This document shows positions 1 to 12,364 of a stretch of 64,000 bases of DNA, piece by piece. The DNA is from Eledone cirrhosa (lineage: Eukaryota): positions 60,884,001 through 60,948,000 of the forward strand of contig OZ024742.1 of NCBI GenBank assembly GCA_964016885.1. Direction: 5' to 3'. Each line of letters starts with the position of its first letter. The stretch's first letter is position 1. Position numbers and translations under genes: made by a program. A model generated the notes under the pieces. That model searched no databases and was not told the DNA's origin. It was given only the letters and a program-made list of their open reading frames with translations.

Positions 1-40
1 TGAAGTGAAGATATGTATGTTTATTTGTGTGCTTGTGTGT

Positions 41-81
<41 letters not shown>

Positions 82-554
82 TATTGGAAGATGATTCTAT
101 TAGTAGAAATGGGGGAGGGTGTTGTGTGAGTGTGTATATGGGTGTTATGTGTGTGTGTGCGAGTATGTTAAGATGGAGAGAATATATATTTTGTGTGTGT
201 GTATATATATGTGTGTAGGAAAGTGGTTCTATTAGTAGAAATGGGGAGGGAGTTGTGGGTGTGGGGGTTGTTATGTGTGTGTATGGGTGTTATGTGTGTG
301 GGAGTATGGTTAGCATGTTAACATGAAGAGAATATATATATATCGTGTGTGTGTGTATGTGTGTGTGTAGGAAAGTGATTCCTTTAGTAGGAATATTTTT
401 GAATGAACATATTTTCCTTACTTATTCGTGTTTGCTGTTGTATTGTCAGTGCAAACGTATGTTAAGGTTTATTTAGTTCGGGTTTTTATTTTCTAAAGTA
501 GAAGGTGTTATGTGTGTGTGTGTATGTCATATTATGGTGTTGACATAATGTATA

Positions 555-2262
555 TTAAACCATATTTAATGTTGGTCTATATTTTTGAATAAACATATTT
601 TCCTTATTTATTCGTATTTGTTCTGTTGTATTGTTAGCGCAAATGTAAAATGGGAAGACTTGGAATTTGGGTGTCTTATTACTTGCGCAAATGTCTAGAT
701 ATGCACTTAGTGGTATCTGTCTCGTGGTTGGATCTCGTAATTGTTGGCGATGAACTGTCATTCTGTTTCTGAGTGTGAGTTTAGTTTGTCCTATATAATC
801 TTCATTGCATCCTTTACATTTAATGGCATAAATTAGATTTTTTGATGAGCAAGTGAAGTGATTTTTTGCAGTAAAATTTTGTCCTGATTTAAATGTATAC
901 GTGTTGCCTTCAATGAGGTGAGTGCAGGTTCCACAATTAGAGCGACCACATTTTTCGATACTTGGTTGTGGGTTTGTGGTAAGTAATTTGGCATTGGTGA
1001 GTAATGTTTCCAATTATTTTGGTTGTCTTTTGCTTTTGATTATTTTGTGTGTTTCAAGGGCTTTTTTTCATTCTTGGGTTTTGTTTTAGTAGTGGGATGT
1101 TATTGCAAATAGTGTTGTAAGCTTCCGCATTTCTTGGGTTGTGTGTTGAGATATATGATAGAATATTGGACGTACCTTGAATTTGTTTCTGTTTCCGTAA
1201 TTCATCAATGCCTATTGCTTTAGCCCTTTCTATTCCATTATTTATTAGGGTACTCTCTCTCGAGTAGAATTTCCTTTAATTCTTGAAGTCTTTTATTTCG
1301 CGTTTCATAATTGGAGACAATTGTGCAAATCCTTCTTGCTAGGTTAAAAGGAATGTTCGTCTTCGTGTGCTTTGGATGGTTGGAGGTGAATAGCAGATAT
1401 TGTTTGGAATCTGTTGGTTTGTAAGTATGTCAGTTTCGATATTTGTGTCTTTTTTTAAGATTAAGATGTCCAGAAATGGGAGTTGATCTTGGCTGTATTC
1501 CATTGTTAATTGGATGTGGTTATTGATGCCGTTTATTAAGTTTTTGAAATCCTTCAGTTGGTCGAGTGTGTGGGACCAAAGAATGAGGCAATCATCCAAG
1601 TAGCGTTTCCAATTCTCTGATAAATATTTGTGGAAGTTCAATCCGTATTTTGATTTGGACTGTTCATATATCTGGACTTCTAAGTATGCCATGACTAAGT
1701 TGGTATAAGTTGGAGCGGCTTTTGTACCCATCGCAGTCCCAGATATTTGCTTGTAAGTATTGCCATCGAAATAAAAAAAGTTGTTTTGTAGGATGAATTT
1801 TAATCCCTTGGTGATGAAGCTTTTTTCTATTCTGTCAGGTATCTCATTGGGATATTTCTCTAGCCAGAATCCTATTGCATCTAGTCCGTATTGGTGTGGG
1901 ATATTTGTGTAGAGATTCACTAAATCGAAAGACACAATAATAGTGTCGTTGTTGACATGTTTGGGGAGGTGGTTTAAGAGGTCCAGATCGTCTCTTACAA
2001 GGCTTGGTATGTGTTTCAGTATTGGTTTCAGTAGTATGTCTATAAAGTTGCTCAATCTGTGTGTTTCATATTGTGGGCCCGCTACAATTGGTCTTAATTT
2101 AAGGTCTGTGGGGTATTGTGTGTTCATGCAGGCTGAGGAGGATTGTTTACAGGCATCGTTGATTATTTTACACTTGTGGATCTTCGGAAGTCCGTAAAGG
2201 TAGCTGGTTTTGTATTCAAAATTTGTTAAATAATCGCGTTCTTTATTCAATAGAAAATCTGA
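555..2262 (-). mobile_element. Penelope-like retroelement, frameshifted and 5'-truncated (RT + GIY-YIG endonuclease)
   Basis: ORF 1339-2334 has PLE RT motifs LYGLPKIHK, LRPIV, SFDLVNLYTNIP, GTAMGTKAAPTY, RYLDD and LPFLDI. ORF 555-1013 has CGTC..FTCSSKNLIYAIKC..C...YIGQT..LRNRMTVH (GIY-YIG) and ends in YRPTLN. A degraded duplicate of the 3' end lies at ~395-470. Confidence 0.93.
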
Positions 2263-2831
2263 ATTCTGACACCCCAGCGAACTAACCATATTCACTGAAC
2301 CAGAACAATTCTCCCATCCCTTTCTCTTGACCATTATCTTTCACTTATCAAAAAATTCTCTAAAAAGGTTACAGAATGGATTTCCAAATAAGGGCACAAA
2401 AATTTAATGAAAATTTGTTCACGTGACAGCCATAATTTCATTTATAACCAACCCCCCAAAAAAGCCTTCGTAAGCCTCCTTTTTTCAAGTAAAAAGAAAT
2501 TCAAACACCCATATACGAAAAAACAACCCGTGACACCACCCCCATCTTATTTGAAGAACTATTGTAACGCGAACTGGCGCGAAATTTATTATAATTATTG
2601 ACAAACCAATCAAATTACTCCTTGAAAAACCTGGTATTTTCGAGCCACTTTTTCCATATAAAACAAGTAACATTCAGAGACCAACCAGATGTGAGAAAAA
2701 CCACAGACCCTCCATCTCAACTCACCTTTTGAAAAGCAGAAGAATTGCGAAACCGGTAAAGGAACCAAATAAATATACATATATTTTTTTTAAATAAGAC
2801 TCCAGTTGCATTTTCGATTTCATCTCTTTTT

Positions 2832-2905
<74 letters not shown>

Positions 2906-2908
<3 letters not shown>

Positions 2909-3070
2909 TCGACCGTTTCGACGGCTATTTCTGGACTATGTCCAGAAATAGCCGTCGAAACGGTTTGAGCTCTGCCGTCGGGATCATACCTTTTCCTATT
3001 ACCCACTCTACTACCCTTAGTATTGAGTATTCTGGTGCGTTATAGTTCATCTGGTACCTTACAACACCTC
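2906..3070 (+). mobile_element. Short PLE-type 3'-end fragment with a 25-bp perfect hairpin and the 3' half of a hammerhead
   Basis: Inverted arms at 2912-2936 and 2940-2964, followed by GAAAC-GG...CC-GTC. Homologous to 10053-10205 and flanked by (TA)n. Confidence 0.55.
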
Positions 3071-3099
3071 CTTATTTATATATATATATATATATATAT

Positions 3100-3331
3100 T
3101 GATCGAATATTCACAGACCTTATTCGTCTCCCGATTTGGGTGGAACTTGTCCAATCGGTCCATAGGAACAATGGTTGCGTTGCTGATACCATCTATCCAT
3201 CGCCACTCCTGGCCGTAAAAGCAACGTGAAATAAAGTGTCTTGCTCAAGGACAGACACGTCGCTTTGACCGGGAATTGAATTTGCAACATGATGATTGCG
3301 TATTAAATTCTCTAACCCCTAAGCCACGTGG
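3100..3331 (-). mobile_element. tRNA-derived SINE, family 2
   Basis: Minus strand has a degenerate A box (TGGCTTAGGG), a B-box-like TTCAATTCC and the core GTCCTTGAGCAAGACACTT. Related copies at ~6020-6211(-), ~6940-7070(-), ~7220-7500(+) and ~19740-19900(-). Confidence 0.7.
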
Positions 3332-4430
3332 AATGTCCTATAAGGTCCATGATGAAAAGCCCATGATTTTCCCCCAGGAAGACGCGTGGTGGCTGAGGCA
3401 TTGGCAAAGTTCCTTCGGTTGGTGGCGGTGAAAGGTAAGTTGTCAAGGCCGAGTGTCGTAAAAGATATATGCATTTCTGGCAGGTGGCAATGGAATGCAT
3501 GGTGATGGTGGTAGTTATGGGCGGTGTATATGTTGGCGTGGCAGAAAAGGGGACGAGGGCAAATCGAAAACTTGCTGGTGGCCTATAGCGTATCTAGGCA
3601 CACACCCGTTCGAAAGCAGAAAACCGAAAGCTACAACGAGAAGCACTCTTTCGTTTTACTGAACAAGTCCGATCACCGATACTCTATATAATAGACACGA
3701 ACCCTGGCAGTATAGCTGTCGCAATGATGGTACACATTGTCCGGGCGCGATTCGCCAGCTATTGCTCGGCGTCGGAAACACCTAGCCACTGGGTCGGTTT
3801 CGGGCGAGCAAAAGAGGGTTGCTAATTGTAAAATGTCCACGGCTCGGAGGTGGCCAAGCCACATAGAGTCACACAAGTCACAAGAAGCTTCACGAGGATC
3901 CGCCAATTACGTCGCGATGGGGGATGAACTGGTTATATATAAATACATATGAATCTTTTCATTTTTTGTATTTGTCGTTGATGTAGTTATATAATATCGT
4001 TACATAGAGTGCTTGGGGACTGCCTCAAAAGACTTCGACGTGTCTGCCCTCCTGCAGCTTCAGCTTCGATGTTGTTAAGCATGCCCGGATCACACACTGC
4101 GGCGCTTTGTGTTCTTCAGATAGATAATTTATTTCACATTAAATATATAGTATGGAACTAGCTGTTGGAACGGCAAGAGCTCAGCCGTCAGGTTCATGAA
4201 TCATATATATATATATATGACTCATATATATATATGACTCATATATATGACTCATATATATATATATATATTGGACAATACTGGGCTGCGTTTTCTAGCA
4301 ACCAAAATCACTCGCCCAAAACAACCAATCACATTCTTTCTGACTTGACCACTGCCAAGTCACGATTCTTAGCCATTTTGAATTTGTTTCTGACGGGGAT
4401 CGCTTTAGAAAATTACTTGTCTTATGAGTT

Positions 4431-4512
4431 TGTTTCCTGACGAGTTCGAAGCTCGAGATTTTATCCTTAATACGATATCTCAAAATTCGAACGAAACCCG
4501 AGGGTAGAGATA
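4431..4512 (+). ncRNA. Type I hammerhead ribozyme, intact core
   Basis: Stem I TGTTTC/GAGATA; CTGACGA at 4437-4443; stem II GTTCGAA/TTCGAAC; GAAAC at 4493-4497; stem III ACCC-GA-GGGT; GUA triplet with predicted cleavage after 4506. Confidence 0.85.
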
Positions 4513-5439
4513 TAATCCTGGTAAGTGTGTACGCATTTCTTCTAACTTTAATTTCATACCTAATTGTGTATGGTTGACGGTATATTTAGTCGATTTCCAC
4601 GTGCTTTTGAAATGTTGGGTAAAAATTCTATGGCGGTCGGCCACGCAGAGATTGCTGTCGTTTATTTAATATTTCTTCATAGGTACCTTTTAATCTTATA
4701 GCCTGGTCTAATTGATTTTTTATGTGGTTGATTATGCTAATTGGGAGAGGAAATGGGGTATATATATTATCAAATGATTCTATGGACATACTTTATGGTG
4801 TATATATATATATATACACACACACTCAAAATGTAAACGTAAACAACAATGCAAGTACCACAGTACACAGTACAATGAAGAAATATAGTAGGAAAAGTGT
4901 ATTTGAGTTTCGGATGCTAGTCTTTCATGAAAAGATAAAATGAGAAGTAAACAACGAAATAGAAAGACAGAGTGAGAAGAGGAAGGAACGATAAAAAAAT
5001 GTTGACAAAATCACCTGTGTATTTATACAACCATTTTGGCATATATGTATATGTATATATGGGGGAAGGTCTGTGTGTGTGTGCGTGTGCGTGCATGTGT
5101 GTGTATGTTTGATTTAACTTATAAGTAAGAAGAGTTTGTAGGCAAGTTCTAGCGATGGTATTGTTAAGTAGATATTTATGTTGAAAGTATATGGTGACTT
5201 ACTAGTAGGGCTGTACGCTAAGTAGTAAGACGAAACGTTTATCACAATTAACAGGTTGTATGATTAATTAATTACCGAATATGATTAATTAATCCATTGA
5301 AAGTATTCCACGGAATTATAAATAGAGTTGTAGAAAATAATCTTAGGCATATATGTTGGTGCTCAATAATTCATTTATTAATGATAAGTGATTACTATGC
5401 GTTGTATAGTCTATGAAATCTACATTATAACATAATGTG

Positions 5440-5620
5440 GATTGGTAGTATCGGTAGAGAGTCGGACGCCATGCTTTGTAGCATAGAGTTATGACTCTTT
5501 ACGGTCTGAGTTCAAATCCCGCCGAGGTTAACTTTGCCTTTCAACCTTATGGGGTCGATAAAATAAAGTATCGTAATGCACTGCGGTAATTGCTGATCTT
5601 GTGCCAAAAGTAGAAACAAT
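5440..5620 (+). mobile_element. tRNA-derived SINE, family 1
   Basis: B box GAGTTCAAATCC followed by conserved CGAGGTTAACTTTGCCTTTCA...GGGGTCGATAAAATAAAGTA...CCTTGTGCCAAAAGTAGAAAC. The sequence recurs many times in the window. Confidence 0.8.
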
Positions 5621-5648
5621 TATTACATAATCCTTCATACAGAATGTT

Positions 5649-5805
5649 TATGAAAACATTTGAAGGCCTTTCGCTATGAATGGTTACGTGTGTGGCCATT
5701 GTCACATACCTAGTCACATCAACTTCTTTTTGTTGAGGCTGGATTGCGACGATGTTCACGACCTTAAACATTCATAACGAAAGGCCTTCAAATATTTATT
5801 ATAAA
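5649..5805. repeat. Short inverted repeat (~33-bp arms), MITE-like
   Basis: TTTGAAGGCCTTTCGCTATGAATG ... CATTCATAACGAAAGGCCTTCAAA. Confidence 0.55.
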
Positions 5806-6019
5806 CACCGGTATAATATTCAATATACAAAACACATTTATATGTATATCGCTATGTTGCAACACGAATGTATACTTTATCATCTATAATTTCATCGAAA
5901 CGGGCTATAATCAATAAATGAACGAGCACCAACATATATATCTCAGTGTTTTTTTCACACCTTTATCAATTTATACATATTATTTTTCTGTACAACTCTA
6001 CGACTTCACACACACACAC

Positions 6020-6211
6020 ACATCGACAGTCGATCAACTTTCGTCAGATCGGACCAAAAAACAATGTTTCCATTGGTCTTTCCAATTGCTAATATTATCC
6101 GCTTGCAACTCCAGGTTGAAGGAGAAACATGAAGTAAAGTGTCTGCCTAGGTCCGGGAATCGAACTCACAACCTTGTGATTGCGAATCAAATTCTCTAAC
6201 CACTCAGCCAG
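6020..6211 (-). mobile_element. tRNA-derived SINE, family 2
   Basis: Minus strand reads TGGCTGAGTGGTTAGAG...GAGTTCGATTCCCGG (A and B boxes), followed by the family core. Confidence 0.7.
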
Positions 6212-6569
6212 ATCAAGGTTCGTCTTTAACCTGTTTGTATTTACGCTGTAGTAAGGTGGCAACATCTCTCCAGTCGAAATGTTCACTGTGTCACACCCAT
6301 AACGTATTGTATTTACTCTGAGCTATAATTTATCGATTTATCGATATCACCTCATTGAGTACTTCATGCCAGCCTCAGATGATTGCTTTCAAAATTGCTA
6401 ATCACAGCTGCAAACTTCGATTTTACTCATTATTATTATTATTATTATTTTCTCCTAGTCTACATAATTAATTAGTTGCTTAATTGATTGCTTAATTATT
6501 TATAGTTGAGAGATTACTTTTGAGGCTGTGAATAAATTCCTATGACGATCGGCACAGTCAAATATTGCG

Positions 6570-6850
6570 GAGACGAAACACAAACGCAACATTCCTACAG
6601 AACAACTGTTAGCACTAAACAAGATACACAAAGATTCCCCAACAATCAAAAAAAGCTAACAAAGATGGAGCAATCGTCATTATGGACAAAAACCACAAGA
6701 AGGATATGGTCCTAGAACATTTGAATGACGAGGGTTTTTACAGGAAATTCAGCAAAAGCGAAGAAAGAAAATCGATGATTCAAGTCGGTAAACTGACGAC
6801 AAAGTACCAAAATAAGCTCACGCTAAAAGAAATCAATTACTTAACCAAGC
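6570..6850 (+). mobile_element. Penelope-like RT N-terminal fragment
   Basis: Translates (with a frameshift) as IKKANKDGAIVIMDKNH...EHLND..FY...KLTLKEINYLT, matching the PLE IKKADKGGAIVIM motif region. Confidence 0.7.
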
Positions 6851-7577
6851 ATTCAACAGGCACGTACTCCTTAAATGTTATCAGGGAGATTCAATATGAC
6901 ATAGCCGGTGATAAGCCTGGCATTTTAAATTACAGGTATGGCTAATTGTTTTTCTCCACCTGGAATAATGTGAAATAAAATAACTTGCACAAGAACAAGA
7001 TTGGCTGCTTGAAATCGAACTCATGAGGTTCCGATCATTAGCCGAACACTTTGATCATTAAGTTACTCGCCTTTGCGATATGAATTCGAACTCTCAAATG
7101 TCTTGATGTTAAATTATTCGATTATGTTCATGTGTGCCTAAGATTTCTATTAATAAAAAGCTGCCCTCCATTACTAGAACAACGCGAAAAAGAGAATTCA
7201 GGTTACTTAAATGATAAGAAGCCTAGTGGTGTTTTGGACTTAGGATCGTAATGTTGTGGGTTTCGATTCCTGGACTGGGGTATGTGAGGTGTTCTTGAGC
7301 ACAACACTTCATTTTACATTGATTCTGTCAGTATAACCAGCTGAATATGTGTACCAGCAGCAATAGCTTAGCTTGGGATTTAAGCCTAGGATGGGCTAGC
7401 ATCCTGTCCGAGATAAAAGGGTAGTCTTGTATTCTCTGTCTCTTAACGCCACAAAAACAGGGATAACAATCGGCCTGATTAATCTCCGAGCTCGAGGCAG
7501 ATTTATAATTAACATTACAGTCATATTGCTAGAGGTTCGATTACAATGCTATCAACTAACTATCCATAAAAGGTTCA

Positions 7578-7712
7578 GATTAGCAGAAGCAGTAGAGCGT
7601 CGTTCAATGCAGTATTTCTTTTAGCACTTTACGTTGTGGGTTCAAATCCTAGCGAGGTGAACTTTGCCTTTCATACTTATGGATTCGATAAAAAAAAGAT
7701 AGTCAGTACTGG
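7578..7712 (+). mobile_element. SINE family 1 copy
   Basis: GGGTTCAAATCCTAGCGAGGTGAACTTTGCCTTTCA. Confidence 0.7.
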
Positions 7713-8194
7713 GCTTACCTATACGCTAAATAAACAATAGCTTAATGCTACAACCCTCAGCGGCTATATTTGTAAACAATATTTTTATTCTATCATTAAT
7801 TGTTATTCATTAACACTAAATCATCAAATAATTAGGGTCTCAAATTTCATATACCTAAAGGATTCAGTAAATGAAATTTCGGCCCTGTGTACCAGAGAAG
7901 TACTGAGATCGATATAATCGACTTTGATCTCTTTAAAAAATTGCTAATCTTGTCCTTAAATTAGAAATCCTTATTATATACTTCTACTAGACACATAGCG
8001 AATAATTTGTAACGTTCTTAAGGTCAGATTCGTTCAAAACATAAAATTATCGGAGGAAAAAGGTAAATTCGCCTTTAAAATTCTAAAGAAATTTATCAAA
8101 TACCTACCTTTTAAAAGTATGTAAATGATATCATTACACCTGTCTCAAATACGCATATAACATTATTTACCTGAAAGCCCAGTGAGTGTAATGT

Positions 8195-8475
8195 GGCAAA
8201 CGAAATCCGTGAAGGTGACTACGTCTGGAAAGGTCTGAACGCTGTATTTCTTGATCTGGGATACTAGACAAATTCCATGAGGTTGACCACATTTGGAGAT
8301 GACAGATTACTATATTATTTATCTGAGGTGGTAGGCGAAATCCGTGAGAGTGACTACATTTTGAGAGGACTGAACGCTGTATTATTTCTTGATCTGAGGT
8401 GGTAGACAAATCCTATGAAGGTGACCACATTTGGAGAGTTCTGAACGGTGTATTTTTTATATGGGGTTGTAGATA
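8195..8475. repeat. Degenerate minisatellite, about 4 units of 67-71 bp
   Basis: Recurring GTGAC(T/C)ACATTTGGAGA..CTGAACGCTGTATT..TTGATCTGAGGTGGTAGACAAATCC. Confidence 0.75.
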
Positions 8476-9014
8476 TAATCTGTCACTTCGTTTAACACAG
8501 CAAACAATAGCCAAGAGCATGTAACTACTTCCAGGGTTACGTAATAGCCTCTAAGTGGGAGAGGGAGAGGGTGAGAAGTACAGAGGGGTTTACGCATGCG
8601 AAATGACCTAATTGTAAATGGCCAAGTGAGGGATTTACAAAATTAATGTTTACAGGACACCTTATACCAACAATACATAATAAAGTCCTTATTTTTTAAA
8701 AATTGTTTTTACCAAAAGCCGAGGGATATTATAAGCAACACCTAGACCTTTGGTGTCTCTAATAAAGTACATTCCTTTTGCAGGGAGAAACTTTTTAACC
8801 GAGCATAACATTTTGGTTCATGGCCAAGTGCACTGGAGTCTTTGAAAACTGTCAAAACACAATAGTAACTTTTTTATTATCATGACACCCTATCTCCTAG
8901 AATATAATAGCGGTTTTTTTATTCTAAATCTTCAGAGTCGTTAGTTTCGAGGATGAAATTTAGGGATTTTCCTATAGATTTTGATGCTTTTTGAACGAAT
9001 ATAGCCCTCAAAAC

Positions 9015-9360
9015 TCTCGTGTTTCCCCTACTCCAAAAATAAGCCATGGCATGATTTTTATACTGCTGTCCAATATAATCTCTATCCTGAAAATAAGCCC
9101 TAGCGAATTTTTGCGAGGCAAATTAATATAAAAATATTATATAAAACGAAGACTTCCAGAGTATTATTGTTTACTAACATAATTATTTTATCGATATTGT
9201 TTTTAACATTATAGTATATATCCTTTCTTTTTGACATCAGTATAATAATATTTTTATCAAAACTCTTGTGCTGTTATTGTTTGTGTAAAAATATAAGCCC
9301 TATATACTAGTGCCCCTTTGTTGGCGGGGTGGGGGCGTGATATAACACCTGTCCTAGAGA
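9015..9360. mobile_element. Possible decayed Tc1/mariner (Tigger-like) non-autonomous remnant
   Basis: CGTGTTTCCCC followed by repeated AAAATAAGCC(C)T subterminal-type motifs at ~9036, ~9089 and ~9290. Confidence 0.3.
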
Positions 9361-10034
9361 AACAAGGTAGTTTTCTGGGTTTCACTGAAAAGATATGTCT
9401 AAAACACATTTCATTTTAGAATAATGAAATACATTTACTGTGTTCTGGCAACTCTTTCACACCTAGAGAGACTAATGTATAGATTGAGGACTATTTTGCT
9501 GCTATTTTTAGCGGATTTAATTACAATGTAGACATTAGTCTTCGTTTGTATATACATAGTTAATATAGTACTGAGAGGGAATTGTTTGCTATTTCTCCCA
9601 GATCTTGCTACTATGTAGAGGACGGTCTACCACATTGACTTATACATATATGCAAGTAGCTCCCAAAAAGAGCACCTGTATTTATTTTGAAGAAGATTTA
9701 GCTGCTAATTTCAACAAGTGCAGTTGAACTAGCTGCTATTTCTATTATGTCCAGCTACCGTGTAGTGGCCTTGCACTTTTGTCATATATATATACATCTC
9801 TATATATATATACATACAGAGAGAGAGGTAGGTAGGATGGTGTGGCTTGAAGAAGAATAGTCTCCCATTTTTAATAGGTCAACCTCCGATGTAAATGTTC
9901 TAATACATTTGCTTATGCAATATATGTTTGCAAGCAGCTCCTAAGCAGAGCTCCTGTATTTTTAGGTAGATTTGGCTACTATTCCTAGCTACCATGTAGT
10001 GTCATGCTCTTTCGTCCCATATAAATATATATAT

Positions 10035-10205
10035 AGGAAAAGATTCAGGACCCCGACGGCTGAGCTCTGGCCGTTTCGACAATTCGGATCAAGCTGTCGA
10101 AACGGCCGGAGCTCAGCCGTCGGTATCTCGAAATGTTTATATTACCCAGTCTACTACCCTTAGTATCGAGTACTCTGGTGGGTTATGGTCTACCTGATTT
10201 TTAAC
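10035..10205 (+). mobile_element. PLE-type 3'-end fragment with a 29-bp fold-back (same family as 2906-3070)
   Basis: Arms at 10053-10081 and 10095-10123 (1 mismatch). Shares CTACTACCCTTAGTAT.GAGTA.TCTGGTG with ~3008-3040. Confidence 0.55.
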
Positions 10206-10230
10206 ACACACTATCTGACACACACACACA

Positions 10231-10299
<69 letters not shown>

Positions 10300-11237
10300 A
10301 CATATATATATGTGTGTGTGTGTGCATGTGTGTGCGTGTGTCTCTGTGTGTGTGTGTTTATATACAGATAGATATAGAGGGATACATACAAAACACATCT
10401 GGTATATTTCGAGGGAGTATTGTCTGCTATTTCTACTATGTCTAGCTACCATGTAATGGGTCTACCACATTGGCTTAGACAATGTATGATAGCAATTAGC
10501 TCCTAAATCGAACTGTTTTGTACACTTGTGTATTGTTTGGTGCGATGCGAGATATAATTAGGTCCATCGCATAGGGGAAAGATTGGATTTTAAAACTGAT
10601 TATTGCAAGTTTTGAATATAACTCTCCTGCGTTCGCCCTCGCATCGGTGATACGGGCGTTATTGATGCAAAGAAGATGTTTCATATGTCTTTTATGAAAA
10701 GCAAAATGCGTCTAATGAGCTGGCAAATAAGGTAAACGAAAAATTAAAACATTGGTTTCTGATTTAGGCACAAGGCCAACAATTTTTGGAAGGGAAAAGT
10801 CGGTCAAATTAACCCCAGTGCATTACTGTTACTTTATTTCATCGACCCCGTGCAGTTGCGGTGGAGCTGGGGGCCAAGTGGAGGGGCTTGAAATATATAC
10901 CCCACCAATAATTATATTTTTCTCCCCAAACTACCAATGCCAATACACACATCTATTTGTATATGCCCTCACATTTATGTACGTTTTGTTTATCGCATAT
11001 TGAAGTCTTTTATTATATTTTGGTTGATATTTGATAATAATAGCTAAACTAATCACTACAACTAAATTAACCAAATCCCCCCCCCCTCCCATTTCACAAA
11101 TATTTGCACCGCATTTGCATGCGTGTGTATGTGAATGCATATGTATATGCATATCTATATCTATATTTATGCTAAGACACCTCCATCCAAGTTACTTAAA
11201 CACTTAAAATCGTGTAACAGAAAACAATTACCATTGT

Positions 11238-11285
<48 letters not shown>

Positions 11286-11474
11286 CAAAACATGAGAAGA
11301 AAGAAGAATACTGCCTGGTTGCACGTGGGTTACATATGATAAAAATAGTCCTTCGTCAGTGATTTACCAACCATCGTTGATATTACATCGCATTAAAAAT
11401 CATATACCTCAGGTTGGTGCGAGCAATAGGTAAATAAAGCTATTGGGACAAGTAAATCGCGTAGAGCGAGTGAG

Positions 11475-11526
<52 letters not shown>

Positions 11527-11571
11527 GAACAAAGAATCAGTGTTGCATCATATACATATTTATTACCTATG

Positions 11572-11671
<100 letters not shown>

Positions 11672-11700
11672 AAAGAATAGAGGTATAACACACAAGTTAT

Positions 11701-12008
11701 TATATATTGGTAAACGGAATAGAAAATGCTGACAAATTGTTCACAGTGAAAAATAGTTTAATTATGAATAAATGAGAATTAGTAATTGTATTGGTTAGTA
11801 TTCAGTTTTGGTTTTAAGTTTGATCAGAGCAAACATCACGGACGCTCTATCTCAAAATTATTTTTGAAAAGCATTGAGAAATACGCCACCGGTAAAACTT
11901 AAAACCAAAACTGAATACTAACCAATACAATTACTAATTCTCATTTATTCCTAATTAAACTATTTTTCACTGTGAACAATTTGTCAGCATTTTCTATTCC
12001 GTTTACCA

Positions 12009-12015
<7 letters not shown>
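11701..12015. repeat. Long inverted repeat with 121-bp arms
   Basis: 11701-11821 is the reverse complement of 11895-12015 with about one mismatch; it ends in (TA)n. Confidence 0.9.
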
Positions 12016-12039
<24 letters not shown>

Positions 12040-12065
12040 TACATACATATATATATATAATCAGA

Positions 12066-12364
12066 AGTTGACGAACCCAGCATATTTATCAATGTCAGGA
12101 CCGGTTGTATCTCTACGTACTCAATAGGCATTGTAGGATTTATTCCCAGAGTATACACATAGTTATTCGCTTCAATACATCACACGTAAAACGGGTGTCT
12201 ATAATAGTTCCCGGACTCGAGTTTCGGCCACATTTAATGCAGCAGTAGGGTACACTGCACCCACTGTCTGCATATATTATGCAACAATGCATAATCGGCG
12301 TATGTGGCTTCATCAGCGGGTATCTAACCAATAACCAATCTATCGACAGAATCCAAACCCCAGC
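12066..12364 (-). repeat. ~300-bp HHR-bearing repeat, copy 1 (pseudo-LTR/retrozyme-LTR-like)
   Basis: Direct repeat of 13865-14149; contains an intact hammerhead. Confidence 0.85.
12210..12320 (-). ncRNA. Type I hammerhead ribozyme, intact core, long stem II insertion
   Basis: Minus strand: CCCG-CTGATGA-A-GCCACAT...ATGTGGC-C-GAAAC-TCGA-GTC-CGGG. Stem III is the palindrome ACTCGAGT; GUC cleavage predicted between 12214 and 12213. Confidence 0.88.

Noticed and set aside
3720-3800. GAAAC...GTC resembling the 3' half of an HHR
   Set aside because: No CUGANGA and no consistent stems.
4075-4125. Minus-strand CTGAAGA-ACACA...TGTGT hairpin
   Set aside because: It is followed by GATCC rather than GAAA, with no stem I or III.
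5500-5525. GTTCAAATCC B-box motifs as tRNA genes
   Set aside because: They lie within SINE heads and do not form cloverleafs.
8195-8475. Regularly spaced repeats as a CRISPR-like array
   Set aside because: Whole units are homologous with no unique spacers, and the context is eukaryotic.
11310-11365. Minus-strand CTGACGA...GTAAC
   Set aside because: No GAAA, and the stems do not pair convincingly.
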